Assembly (NCBI GenBank): GCA_011109175.1
Contig: RDEW01000020.1
Span: 676,514 to 740,513 of the forward strand
Source of the DNA: Dicyema japonicum
Taxonomy: Eukaryota > Animalia > Dicyemida
DNA length: 64,000 bases
Direction of reading: 5' to 3'
A program made the translations under genes and the position numbers. Positions 26,743 to 39,835 of this stretch are shown here, in pieces. The stretch's first letter is position 1. Each line of letters begins with the position of its first letter. The notes under the pieces are model-generated. The model saw only the letters and a program-made list of their open reading frames with translations, was not told the DNA's origin and searched no databases.

Positions 26743-28100
26743 CATCTCAACAGCGCTGGTAAGGGCTACCAGCTCCGCAGCCCGCTTCTTAAGAAAGCGG
26801 GCATTAACCAGGGCAATCCTGGTTATATCTGATTTACTTGGTGGCTGTCCTCTCTTCTTAGGAGCGCCACCAGACCAAGTAAAAACTTGGCATCCTTCTT
26901 CGTTCTTGTCATGTTTTTAAGATTTTTAGATAATTGTTCAACAATATTATGAAAACGTTTCTCTCCTGAATATTTCTGTCTACCGTGGGCTCTTCCTGTC
27001 CATTTGGATCTTTTGGATTCGCTGATTGACTTAGTGACTGTGTTTGGGATTTACTGTCAACGGAGGACACTGGTGGTCTATCTGTCTGCATCCAATATCT
27101 GAGTCGTATTTAGGAGTGATCGGAATCCATCCTGTTCGAGTCGACTTGGCCAAATCTTTATTGTCTCCGATCTTCCTGGCAACATTACTTCCTTTAGCAA
27201 CGCTTTTACTGCGAGGTTTACTTTGAGGTAAAATTTATCCATCTTGAGTTTATTAGCTGATTTTTAACAAGAACAACCTCCGTAGTTAGCCATGAGGTTA
27301 GTTGATGTACAATTTATGCAGTTTTTACTGTTTTTTAAGTCAAATTGACAATCCGACTTTCTGTGGTTTCCTGAACAAATCCAACATCTTTCAACGTTTT
27401 TGCAGAAACGCGCAATATGACAGAATAACTGACAACAAAAGCATTGAATTTCAGGTTTTTAAACCATTCAGCAGTGATTTGTGAGGAACCAATTTTAAAA
27501 ACAAGATTAATTATAGACTTAGCTTCTCCACGGTTTTCTATTATTAGTTTTGCCATAGGTAATCTTTCGCCACGTTTTTCAAATTTTTTGATAGTTAACT
27601 CTGAAGATATAATGATACCAAGGTATTCATAAGCTCTTCAAGTTCAACCCACGTTGATAAATTTTTTAATACAATTTCGAGGGTGGTAACTTAGTTCGTG
27701 TAAGTTTGTGTCCATTATCCCCAAAAGGCAACTTTGCATTGAGATCCCTTTCAAATAAGCTAGCATCTTCTTGGTTGTTAAAGCAGAATACAAAGTCCCC
27801 GTAAAACGTCGGGTCACTCTAGCTACAGCCGCAGAATCCAAGACAGAGATTATATTTGCAACCTTGATACCTCCAAGAGTTTTATTTGTAATATTAAGCA
27901 CAATTGAGACGTTTCCATAAATATTATTAAAACTTTTCATCATTTCATTATTATTTGAATTTTTCATTTTCATCCACGAGGTCATAGTAACAGTAAGTCT
28001 TTTCTTGACTCCTCCTACGGCGATGTTGAAATCGCTTCTACGTTTTCAATTGACTCCGGAAACTTTTCTTTATGTGTATACAGCTTGTATAGAACCATTC
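26743..28100 (-). mobile_element. LINE 5' portion: decayed Gag-like ORF1 and start of APE endonuclease
   Basis: NCINCTSTNLMANYGGC resembles the CxxCxxxHxANYxGC knuckle of Jockey/I ORF1; RIALVNARFLKKRAAEL resembles the start of an APE domain. Confidence 0.5.
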
Positions 28101-28399
28101 TTGATTTATGGCTTCCAAGGATAGTTTGAAAGTGATGAAAGAAGTACTCTTGTAGAACTTCTCGATAAATCGATGAGATATGCTATTAAACTGGCATATG
28201 GACTTGATTTAAAGTCTAAATTACCGCCTAGTGATGAGAGACGTGCAAGATCCATTGAGGAAATATTGCACCACTTGAAAAACTAATCCTTGTTGGATGC
28301 AAGTGGTCAATAATTCAAAGAGGAGACATACGGTGTTTCGTTAAACCAAACCATATCAACCAGGACAAACTCGTTGGCTTCTCCCTTTTTAATTATTTT

Positions 28400-28740
28400 T
28401 TAATTTTTTTTTTCTTTTTTTTTTTTTTTTGAAAATAAAAATTTATTAAGGTAATTAATAAAAATTAAATTAAGGCATCTGAATGGCCATGCTATTTCCC
28501 CTAACAATAGCCAACGAGATACGTTCTCGGAACCAACCAGTCTCTCGCGGATCCTTGGTCACAGCTTTAATCATGGAGCCGATCTTACGAACCAACTCAT
28601 CTGCTTCGGGGCCAAGGATTCCTGACGTTTCCACCGCGAATGGAACAAATAGATACTCTTCCGAAATTCTCTGGTACTTCCTCCTCTTTCGTTCCTCGGC
28701 CTGCATGTCCTGGGTCTGGCTGCTTTGAAGCATGTCCTGG
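28400..28740 (-). mobile_element. CRE-like 3' fragment nested in a LINE 3' tail
   Basis: AEERKRRKY...FVPFAVETSGILG...WFRERISLAIVRGN with a poly(A) tail, flanked by tttt(t)aatt. The uninterrupted host tail is seen at ~62365-62425. Confidence 0.8.
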
Positions 28741-29519
28741 TCTTTTTTAATTAGTAACGAGTTTGTTATGTTAATAAAATTATCTATCTAATCTGAGCGG
28801 TCATACCACAATCGTGTTTTTAAAGAGTATTTCCAATCTATTATGAATACTCCTAGTATAAACTTAACTTTAAACGCTGTCCTAATACATATGTTCTAAT
28901 TACTCAAATTAATATTGACTATTCACTAACTCCTCTTTAATCCATAATTTGCATGTACTGAGGAATATGCCCGTTTAACTATGATCATCCGTTTCTACAC
29001 TTTATGGAAGCTTGGTTGGGTTCAATAAGGTCACTATTGCAACGTGTTGGGATCATAATTAGTTAGTTTGGTTAACTATGGTCTTTGAGTTATTATTTAT
29101 TTAATAACCCCGAAAAGGGAACACCAAGAAAGAAGGAGTAAACCAACTAATTAAGTGATCCCGGTACGCCTCAACAGGATCGAGAGGTTTTTCCTGTGTT
29201 CCTCCAGAGTACCCACGGTTGGTTACAATATAGTTTGGTAATTTTTATTTATTTAACTCCAAGACAACAAAGATAGATAGGTAAAAACTAATTAGGTGAT
29301 CTCAGCCTCCAACAACATCCGAACTCTTTTCGCCTGGTCTTCTGTTGACCCAACCGCATTCCGGAAACGCCTTCTCTTCCGTCTGCATAGGAATTCAATC
29401 GGCGTGCACTTTTTTTATAATTGACCGAAATTTCTCTGCATGGCAAAATGAAACCAGCATCTCATACGTAGTTGGTTAAAAATATAGTTTGGTATTCGAA
29501 CAATCTAAAAATTATACTT

Positions 29520-29850
29520 TTATTATTGTTTATTAACCCCGGATATCCCGAGAAAGAAGTTAAAGTAAACAACTAATTAAGTGTATACAGTTTCCACTTC
29601 TACAGAGTCCATCCGGAATCAACATAAAGGGTAAAAGACGTCCATAGTTGCAGTTGTGGAAACCCTCCAGTGGAGTGGGGAGAGCAAATGATCCTTTTTC
29701 GTGCCGGCCTGGCACTGGGCGCCACCTAGACAGGTGGATCACATGACGCCACTCTAATAAAAAGAGAAAGGAAGAATGGACGAACAAGACAGAAACTTCA
29801 ATCAATTAACCACGAAGCATCACATGGCGCCACGCGGCTATTTTCAAAAT
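29520..29850 (-). mobile_element. SINE, shared-core family, tail type A
   Basis: Head gccgcgtggcgccatgtg, core tggcgtcatgtgatccacctgtctaggtggcgcccagtgcc, and a tail like the LINE end at 29100-29160. Absent from the duplicated copy at ~33895. Confidence 0.7.
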
Positions 29851-29989
29851 CCCTGGCCTTACTGACTTTAGTTTAGTTGAGTTTTAGTAATTGAAAAATG
29901 TTATATTCGAAAATGTTCACAAATTAATTACGTGAAAATAAATAAATTTATGTCTCGACACTCAAAAAAATTTTTATGTCTCGACTTTT

Positions 29990-31140
29990 ACACATCTTTC
30001 TTCCTGATGAGAAACAACATCGGACTACCCAAGCTTTTATATCTACTCCGATGTTCACCCTGCTACGAACAATACGACACTCTACTTTCAATAGACAAGT
30101 CTCTCAAGCAAACTGTTGAGTCACTAATTAACGTCCGCTTCGACGAACTTGGTTGGAAACAATGCAAGCTTCCCTCTGGATTTGAGGGTGTCGGATAAGA
30201 TCGGCCCTGGAGGTTGCGTACCCGGCATATCTATCGTCTCTCTCAAGCTGCAGCCATTTGACACGACAAGTCCTTCATAACACTATTGGACTTCGCTGGA
30301 ATGAGTCATTTGACGAAGTTAGTCGGAAATGGAACGGGTCCGGACTCAAAATCCCCGAAAACACAACAAAGCAAAGTAATTGGGATAACATTGTCTGCTC
30401 CAAAGTTTTAGAAGACCTTAAAAAAGAAGCAAATAAACATCGTCTGGCTTGTTTGGTGTCAGCTTCAAGTAGAGGGAGTAGAGCATGGCTTGGTGCAATA
30501 CCTTGCCCAAACCTCGGGACCTTTTTGGACGACGATTCTTTGAGGATTAGAATCGGACAAAGGCTAGGATAAGACATTTGGCAGAAGCACCGATGCCGAT
30601 GCGGGAAAACAGTCGATGCGAAAGGATTGCACCCGCTGTCCTGCAGAAGAAGCGCCGGAAGGGGACCACGTCATGCTGCTCTGAACGATGTGATCGTCAG
30701 ACCCTGAAGGCTTCAGGCTTCCTAGCACAGCTTGAACCAGTGGGTCTTGATCGAGGAGATGGGAAGAGACCTGACTGGATGACCCTTTTCCCCTTCACGT
30801 CTGGAAGAACTTTGGTCTATGACGCAACTTGTACAAACACGTTCTCATGCTCGAATATTTTAAATCGGTTCAGACACCTGGAGCAGCTGCTTTGACTGCG
30901 GAGAACCTAAAAATCAAGAAATATTCTTGCCTCGGGGACCGCTACCGATTTACTCCTGTTGCGACCGAATCATCGAGAGCCGTTGGTCCAATGACGGCTG
31001 AGTTCTTGCGAGAACTCGGAGGATTGCTTGCCAGAAAGAAAAGGGATCAACGAGAAGGGTTATGGCTAAGACAAAAGATTGGAGTAGCCATACTCCGAGG
31101 AAACTCGTTCGCAATTTACGCAGCATGCTTCCTCAACTGA
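29990..31140 (+). mobile_element. CRE-like RLE element, 5'-truncated
   Basis: NNIGLPKLLYLLRCSPC, SRAWLGAIPCPNLGTFLDDDSLRIRIGQRLG, LEPVGLDRGDGKRPD, WLRQKIGVAILRGN. Flanked by aataaataaattt-like duplication; absent in the duplicated copy. Confidence 0.85.
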
Positions 31141-31189
31141 CATTTGTTTAATTGTTAAAAAAAATAAATAAATAAATAAATTTTATTTT

Positions 31190-32210
31190 ATGGCCAACCT
31201 TATTATAATAATAACGCCTTTTATCGGCGTTTAGGGCCATGTTTTGTGGTCTAGTTTTATTATTTAGTTGCCATTTTCTGACTGATGTTCTTCAAATATT
31301 GATTTATCTTCAATTTTTTATGTCAACCAATGGTGTGTTGAGTTAGCAGGTTATCAAATTGTTGTCGAGAATATTTTGGTAACTACAAATATGCATTTTT
31401 CTGCACTATTGATTGTATAATATTTAATTGAAAGAGAAAATATATTTATTGAAGTATTTAGTCAACTTTGGTTAACTCAAATTATTTATACTATCCATCT
31501 ATTTCTCACTGTTATCGCTAAAGTATCAACTCATAACGCAATTTAATTCACCACTAATATTTAATTGTTGTATTACATCACTGTTATGGTAAGATCAGAA
31601 TCTCTTTCCACTTTGTTTAAAGTCATAACCTCACTTACAGCCTAATCACTAATAACAAATTTTGACTGCTTTAATCAGTCCTATCCCATGCACTAATCTC
31701 TATTATTCCTGACAAAATCACTAAAAAACAGAACATTTGAGTTTTACCGAAATTGAATATTTTTTATGATTTATTACTTTTTTGGAATTTCACTGCTAAC
31801 AAGCATTTCTGACCTACTTAATAAACTCACATCAATCTAGAGTCTGAACAAATAACTTGTCTTTGCATTCCCGATGGTGGATTTGTGTTTGAAAACACTT
31901 TTAGAACATTCATGGAAATTAAAACAATCGTGTTTTTAAAAAGTATTTCCAATCTATTATGAATGCTGGCTACTTCTAGTATAAACTTAACTTTAAATGC
32001 TGTCCTAATACATATGTTCTAATTTATCAAATTTATGTTGACTTTTCACTAACTCCTCTTTAATCCATAATTGGCAAGTACTGTTGGGTTTGCTCTTTAA
32101 CTATGATCATCTGTTTCTACACTTTTTTGTGTGGGTTAGATGAGGACACATGATTAGTTAGTTTAGTTAACTATGATCTTTTGAATTATTATTTAACGAG
32201 GGACCTATTT
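31190..32210 (-). pseudogene. Unknown intron-bearing gene family, copy B
   Basis: Homologous to copies A and C; frameshifts and stops present. Confidence 0.4.
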
Positions 32211-32769
32211 ATTCTGATAATTGACATATATAAATAAATTTTATTTATTTCGAAGACCAAAGTAAAAGGTAACAATTAGCTCACAATCCACACACGTCCA
32301 AAAACTTCTTTCCCATTCGCCAATGTTCCTCTCCTTAGTCCATACATGTCGTGGAGGCTAAGAACTGCACATCATGATTTAACAACATTATATTAAAGGG
32401 ATCAAACTACCCGAGTCACCATTCTGTAATACTTTACAGTCGGTTTCTGTACTTCTTACCGTACATATGGTTCCATCTGACTTGTTTATAATTATGTTTT
32501 CGGCTTCCTTCTTCAGACATAGCAAATTTTTATAATCGTGGCAATAGGAGGGATTCTTAATTTCATGATTTCCAGTCTCACTTAAATCCTTGGTGACCCT
32601 TTGAATCATTTAGCCGATCAGACGCACTAGATCGTTTTCTTGTGGACCAAGGATTACTACGTTTCAACAATAAATGGGACAAACAAGTTATCCTCGGAAT
32701 ACTTCGAACTTGCTTCTCTTCTGAATTTCGGTTTGCTTCGAAGCTTGACTTGAATCCGCGACTGAAGCG

Positions 32770-33400
32770 GTCAAATTTTTCAGGATTATGTATCAAAAGT
32801 TGTCATCCCTACCATTAGCAAAAGGTAAGGCGTTCAGCCAGGCACCTTATGAATGACGGCTAGCCGTTTGAGACATGCAAGTCTTATCGCACGACAATGT
32901 TCTCAAGGTGCTCCTCTTTTTTCGAAAACGTTTTCTGATTTGCGCTGGCTTCCGAAACATTAAGATCCGCACGTCCATGGTCCGGAGAAGAGTTGATGAA
33001 CGTATTCATTAAATTCTCGAGGAGCTATAAGTGGACAAATATGTATTAAGTAGCATCTGAAGGAACGGTATTTCCCAATCCTTCTAAACAAAGTGGGAAA
33101 AATTGCTTGAAGTCATCAATAGTCATCCAAATATACATTTTAAATCGCATCAAGGTTGGCTTGTTTCATCAAGTAGAGATAGGAGATCATCATCACAACA
33201 GGGAGAACTTCGGAAGATGAAAAGCATTTTTGGAAGATTTAGACAGTTTTTTAGCATTAGACAGTTTTTTAGCATTAATAATTTAACATGCCTCTCCATG
33301 AAGATCAGTTTGTTATCAAACTCGCCCAGAAGCGTCTTTTTGTCACTTAACGATTCCCTTATTCGACCTTTCTCTATTTCACATCCAAGGAAATCAAGAG
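32770..33400 (-). mobile_element. Highly decayed CRE-like fragment
   Basis: GAWLNALP motif on the minus strand near 32820-32860. Confidence 0.45.
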
Positions 33401-33989
33401 ATCAGAGGTCCGTAGTTCGAACATTCGGGACAATATCTTCTATTTGTTTTTCTGGAAAAGGCAATTGATTTCGCATTCATTTTCAAGTTAACCACTTAAC
33501 ATTTCTTTGTGTTACCTTGCAAAAAAACTAATAAATTAATTGATAGATAAAAATTAGTTTGAGTTTCAATATCAGCGGAAATGAAACCAACAACCCATGC
33601 GTAGTTAGTTACAATATAGTTTGGTAATTTTTATTTATTTAACTCCAAGATAACAAAAGATAGGTAAAACTAACTAATTAGGTGATACTCAGGCCTCCAA
33701 CAAACATCCGAACTCTTTTCGCCTGGTCTTTTGTTAACCCAACCGCATTCCGGAAGCGCCTTCTCTTCCTTCTGCATAGAAATTCAATCGGCGTGCACTT
33801 TTTTATAATTGACCGAAATTTCTCTGCATGGCCAAACGAAACCAGCAACCCATGCGTAGTGGTTAAAAATATAGTTTGGTAATTGAACAATCTAAAAATT
33901 ATAGTTTTAGTAATTGAAAAATGTAATATATCGATAATGTTCACAAATTAATTACGTGAAAATAAATAAAATTCATTTAATAATAAATT

Positions 33990-35010
33990 TTATTTTTATG
34001 GCCAACCTTATTATAATAATAACGCCTTTTATCGGCGTTATGGCCATGTTTTGTGGTCTAGTTTTATTATTTAGTTGCCATTTTCTGACTGATGTTCTTC
34101 AAATATTGATTTATCTTCAATTTATTTATGTCAACGATAGTGTGTTGAGTTAGCAGGTTATCAAATTGTTGTCGAAAATATTTTGGTAACTACAAATATG
34201 CATTTTTCTGCACTATTGATTGTATAATATTTAATTGAAAGAGAAAATATATTTATTGAAGTATTTAGTCAACTTTGGTTAACTCAAATTATTTATACTA
34301 TCCATCTATTTCTCACTGTTATCGCTAAAGTATCAACTCGTAACGCAATTTAATTCACCACTAATATTTAAACTAATTGTTGTATTACAGTGATATCATG
34401 GTAAACTCAGAATCTCTTTCCACTTTGTTTAAAGTCATAACCTCACTTACAGCCTAATCACTAATAACAAATTTTGACTGCTTTAAGCAGTCCTATCCCA
34501 TGCACTAATCTCTATTATTCCTGACAAAATCACTAAAAACCCGAACATTTGAGTTTTACCGAAATTGAATATTTTTTATGATTTATTACTTTCTTGGAAT
34601 TTCACTGCTAACAAGCATTACTGACCTACTTAATATATTCACATCAATCTAGAGTCTGAACAAATAACTTGTCTTTGCATTCCCGATGGTGGATTTGTGT
34701 TTGAAAACACTTTTAGAACATTCATGGAAATTAAAACAATCGTGTTTTTAAAGAGTATTTCCAATCTATTATGAATGCTGGCTACTCCTAGTATAAACTT
34801 AACTTTAAATGCTGTCCTAATACATATGTTCTAATTTATCAAATTTATGTTGACTTTTCACTAACTCCTCTTTAATCCATAATTGGCAAGTACTGTGGGG
34901 TTTGCTCTTTAACTATGATCATCCGTTTCTACACTTTTTTGTGTGGGTTAGATGAGGACACATGATTAATTAGTTTAGTTAACTATAGTTTTTTGAATTA
35001 TTATTTTGAG
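33990..35010 (-). pseudogene. Unknown intron-bearing gene family, copy C
   Basis: Near-identical to copy B and more diverged from copy A. Confidence 0.4.
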
Positions 35011-35399
35011 GAACCTATTAATTCTGATAATTGACATATATAAATAAATTTGATTTATTTTAAAAACAAAGTTAAGAGTTTTCAATTAGTCTCACGATCC
35101 ACACGAATCCTAAAACTTCGTTCACAATCATCCAATGTTCCTTTCTTTAGTCCGCAGAAGTCGTAAGGGCTGAGAACTGCACATCATTATTTAACTGACA
35201 CAACGCTTTATTAAACGTATTAAGGTCCCAAAGTGAGTGAGAATCATGTCTTTCAAGTAATTTAAAGTCCTTCCACTTTGTATGCAATTTCTAAAAAAAC
35301 GTGCTGCTGTATGGTTTGTAGGTGTATAAAAGTGTAATGAAAACTGTCTCAAGATTGCCTCCATGCATTCTTTTCCAATTGGCATACACTTCTTGAACC

Positions 35400-36960
35400 T
35401 ATCTCACGTATGTGTCGATGTACGCTCTGGATGCGACGCTGCAGCCCATTAAGTGAGAACATTCCTAAACTGCAGTATAGAAGATTCACGGGGGCATGTC
35501 CTTGTCAAACTGGACATCAAGAACGCCTTCAATGGTCTATGAAGAGACAGTATCCTAGAAGCGTGTATGTTGTGATTTACTAATATTTTCGAATTTGTGA
35601 AGTCTTACAGCCTATTTTCATTCTAACTTTCGGGGACTACCTAGTCCCTTCGTAATCCGGAGTACAACAAGGAGATCCCCTTGGACCCCTGTTGTTCTGT
35701 CTTTTAACCGAGAGAATCACTGAACTTCCGCCCTCGACCCTCAACCTATGATATCTAAATGATGCGGTCCTCGGAGGACTATCAGATACTGTTTTCCAGG
35801 ACTTGGAGGTGATTATTCCAGCACTGTCGGAAGCTGGACTGGAAATAAATTACACGAAATGCAAAATCTAAATTGTGGACTTTTTGATAAGTATTCAAAA
35901 CTGTGTCATCTATTGCGAATTTACTACCTGGAAGTATTTCCACGCCCGAAGACCTTATGTTCCTCGGATCCCCAATCACCACGAATGCAATGGAAGGAGC
36001 TATACGTAAAAACAACTTTTATTCAGAGAGACTCGAAAACCGCTTTAGATGACGTGCATACATCATTATTTTTCATGAAGAACAGCCTCAACGTACAAAG
36101 GCTTGCATATGTACTGAGGACAGATCCCTATTTCACCCAGTGTGACCAACTCGGACAGATTAACGAGATCTTCCGCACGACAGCGGAACGTTTCTTCAAC
36201 GTCCGGTTCCAGGATTACTCATGGAAGCAAGCACGCTGCCAGTGAGACTCGGAGGACTTGGAATTCTCAACCCTGTAGACCTTTATCTCCTGCAAATCTA
36301 TCGTAGCATCCCTTGTCAAGAAAATTCTAAACTCCGGCCTTGAATTCTCTAGCCGGCCATGCTCGTGAAGCCTAGAGCCGTACCAATCAGTTTTCCCTAT
36401 CTTCCATGTTCTCTTAGCTGAATGGAGTTTTGGATACCTTTCTGGATGATGAATGAGTTAGTATTGGGATATCAATACGACTAGGATTAAAAGTATGTTT
36501 GCCGCATCCGTACCGATGCAGAGACCAGATCGACTGTTTTGGTCTACACCCTCTCTTCTGTAACAAGAGTACTGGCAGATCTCCCAGAAACATGACCTTC
36601 AACGAAGTAGTTAGGCAAGCTTTGGGCACCGCCGGACACTCTTCCACACTCAAAACAGTAGGTATTTGTAGGCGTGACGGGAAACGACCATATGGAATGA
36701 CCATCTTCCCTTTTGAATTCGGCAAACCTCTTGTATAGGAAGTCAACTTCACAGACAAGTTTGACCCTTGCATTACTCCAGACTACCTCTGGAGCCTGTT
36801 CTTCCGCTGAGAAAGCCGAGAGATTGAAACGAGCAAAGTACGCGATCTTACACGTTGAAACATCTGGCTTCCTTACGCCTGTGAGTCTGGAATTCTCGAG
36901 TCGTCTAGGGGAGGTCGGCAACCTTTTAAGCCAAGGAGCCAATTTTTGGTTTTTTTGGCA
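35400..36960 (+). mobile_element. CRE-like element retaining decayed reverse transcriptase
   Basis: VLVKLDIKNAFN, GVQQGDPLGPLLFC, YLND, then PHPYRC, GKRPYGMTIFPFEFGKPLV. Confidence 0.85.
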
Positions 36961-37059
36961 ATTAAAAAAATTAAAGAGCCAGTTTATAAAATAATAAAAA
37001 TAACAAAATTATATTTAATATAATTAATGAGATAATTGGCCCTGCATTTTTTTTGGTGA

Positions 37060-38500
37060 GGTGGTGACTTGCCTCGTTTCTTAATTGGATCACAGTTGAG
37101 AAAAATGTCTAAAAAGCCAGGGATACAAAGGGATGCATCTCGTCTAAAGCTCCTTACGTTCAATGCTAGAGGCTTATCTACGACCTGGTCGAGGAAGATT
37201 CTCTGTGACGACTACGACGTATCTATTGGGTGCCTACAAGAGACAAAAGTTACTTGTAGCCTTGATGAGAACTATGGTAAATATCGAATAATATGTCTAC
37301 CGAGCGACTCAAAATATTATGTACTTGGATTTGCCATCTACTCAAAGTTGACATGTGCAGTCCACTGTATATAGAATGTGAATGACAGGATCTGTGTTAT
37401 ACAAATCCATCTAAACGACTTACCTCTCTCGAAGAGCTTTCTGACAATTATAAATGTTTATGTGCAACACTGCGGGAGAGTAGCGAAAGATCCGACAGAA
37501 CTAGACAACTTCTATTCAACACTGTTACGGACGTACAACGAATATGAGTCATCATCACTAATTATCATTGCTGGGGATTTGAATGCGAAAATCGGGATGA
37601 AGAATAACCCGGATGATGTATTCTTGGGAGAACATGGACGTGGAATAAGAAACCTACCCGGGACAATACTTGGTCACTTTTGTATGGCAAACAACCTTTT
37701 CCTATGCAATACTGCATTTACGCATCCTGCCACAAAACTACGTGGATGGGGAAGCGAAGGAACTTAGAGGGACAGCTGGTCCAATTATCCAAGACAAACA
37801 CTTTCTAGTAAACGCACGTTCATGTGAAGAGGTTCGACGACTGTCAGTGACACAAGATGGTTATTGCGACCTTCACCCTGAAAAAACATGCCATCAAATA
37901 CAAGAATGACAAAAATCACGAATTTGAGAAAATCAGAAACGACTGAAAGGCTGATTTCTCAACTGGAGACTACGGCCTGCCGAAAACTCAAGAATAACAG
38001 AAGTCCTGGACCAGACAAAATAGATTCTGAACTACTAAAATACAGACCCCACTGCCTGTATGACAAAATTGCAATACTACTAAATGGAATGTTTTCCACC
38101 AACTGCACTCTACCTCTGGGTACGGGACTACTAATCCCCATACAAAAAATCAACAAAACCAGAGGACCGCTCGAAATTTGCGACCCTCATACTACTAAAT
38201 TCATTAGGCAAAGTCTTGGCAAACATTGTGCTTGAACGAATAAAGGATCCACAGCTGATGCGGTCTGGAGTCACAGATGGATGTGTGCAATATATCAAAG
38301 ATACCGTAACGACACCAATATTTTGGGAATTGACCTATCAAGAGTTTATTATACGGTTAACAGAAACAAGTAAATTGGAGTACTGAGCGGATTTCTTGAT
38401 GAGTCGAGTCTAAGGATTACCCGAATTTTACTTTCCAACACTGAGTTCCTTGTGATAGTCGGAAAGACCTATTCAAGAAAATTTGTCAGCTGAGAAAAAT
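37060..38500 (+). mobile_element. RTE-like LINE, APE endonuclease plus start of RT, decayed
   Basis: LLTFNARGL, IGCLQETK, IINVY, IIAGDLNAKIG, KLKNNRSPGPDKI, and GIDLSR-like RT motif. Confidence 0.8.
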
Positions 38501-39637
38501 AAAAGGAACTACTCGAGCTACGAGAATATGTTGGACATTAGTAACTGCAAAAAGCAATTTTTATAGAATCACATAGATCTTCTAAGAAGCACATCAAATT
38601 AGCAGGTTTATTATTTTATTACTATTTAAAGGTTCTTAAAACACATTGATTTTCTCGTCCCATCTGCCGACAATGTGTTATAAAGTCACTAAGACTTTAG
38701 TCGAATACGATATTCCCTTGCATAAGTTGAACAGTAAAAGCTTACGAGACTTGTTTGAGAGTATTGGACATAATTTCCTTCTACTTACGCTTGCCGAAAA
38801 ATGTAGAAATTTATGCCAGTAGCAGTTGACAGAATTGAGCTATTTTTGAGGTTTTATTTTCATTTATTATAGATCTGAAAATTTTGTTTTGATTTACGAA
38901 AACTGATATCCGATTAATTGTCAAGAATAATTGTCAATCAAGTGCTTTCTATCACAAAAATGGAAAAACAACATATTCTCCATATGTATATAACTATCTG
39001 AAAAAGTGCCTTTCCACATTATGGAAAAATTAATATCTAAAGACCGAAATTTTAAACCCGAAAAACGTTTTGAATTACATTATTCTGTATTTTAATAAAG
39101 ATTTGATTAGTTTTTTTTATATTAAAAAATTTTTTTTTTAGATAAATTTATCATTAAGTAAAAAAGGTCAAAATTTCCGATTTATTAGAGTCAAAATAAA
39201 AATCGCCAAATAATAAATCCGGTCATCCATGCTCATTTGGAACTGTAGTACGATACAGAACACTGATAATCATATTTTTTTGAAACACTAGCATTTTTGA
39301 TTTTCCAATCAATAAAAGCTTTAATTTATGATTTCCAGACATATTTGCGCATAACATCACAGATTCTATATCTTTGAAGTTCTTGTATCTTCTGAGCGGA
39401 ATCTTGCAGATACTTCTGGATGGAATAAGCTTGTAAAAATGCTAGTTTCATCCAAGTTGTAACTCTGATCACAGGACTGAAACTTTCTGAAATTCTTCGA
39501 GTAACCCTGTCAATATCGACACTTTTGTAAGTCGGAACACCGAGAGAAAACAAAGACTGTTGAGGGAGGCCGGGATCACCTGAATTTTGTTTATTTTGGA
39601 TATGACGGTGGCTTCTCTGGTTCAATAATAATAATTT

Positions 39638-39835
39638 GGCCACGTGGCCATGTGGTCCTATGTGTCTAGTTGGTCATAAATTATATTCTTTCGTTCCAAT
39701 GGCGTCATTGGATCCACTTTACAGAGGAGACGCCCAGTGCCTGACCCAAAGTTCTGGTATGCTAGAACGAGTCAGTATCAGGAAGTTATTTAGTTTGGTT
39801 ACCCTTGGATCTTCAATGGAATAAAAATTTAATAA
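39638..39835 (+). mobile_element. SINE, shared-core family, tail type B
   Basis: Same head (ggccacgtggccatgtg) and core (tggcgtcattggatccac...gacgcccagtgcc), but the tail matches the reverse complement of 50345-50425. Confidence 0.6.

Larger units (their letters stand above)
29210..32380. repeat. Segmental duplication, copy 1 (copy 2 at ~33590-35190)
   Basis: Colinear near-identical blocks (LINE 3' end, unknown gene copy, downstream flank). Copy 1 additionally carries a SINE and a CRE insertion. Confidence 0.85.

Noticed and set aside
34019-34041. U5 snRNA loop 1 (GCCTTTTA)
   Set aside because: GCC is inside the stem rather than the loop, the C of GCCUUUUAC is missing, and no Sm site or second stem is evident.
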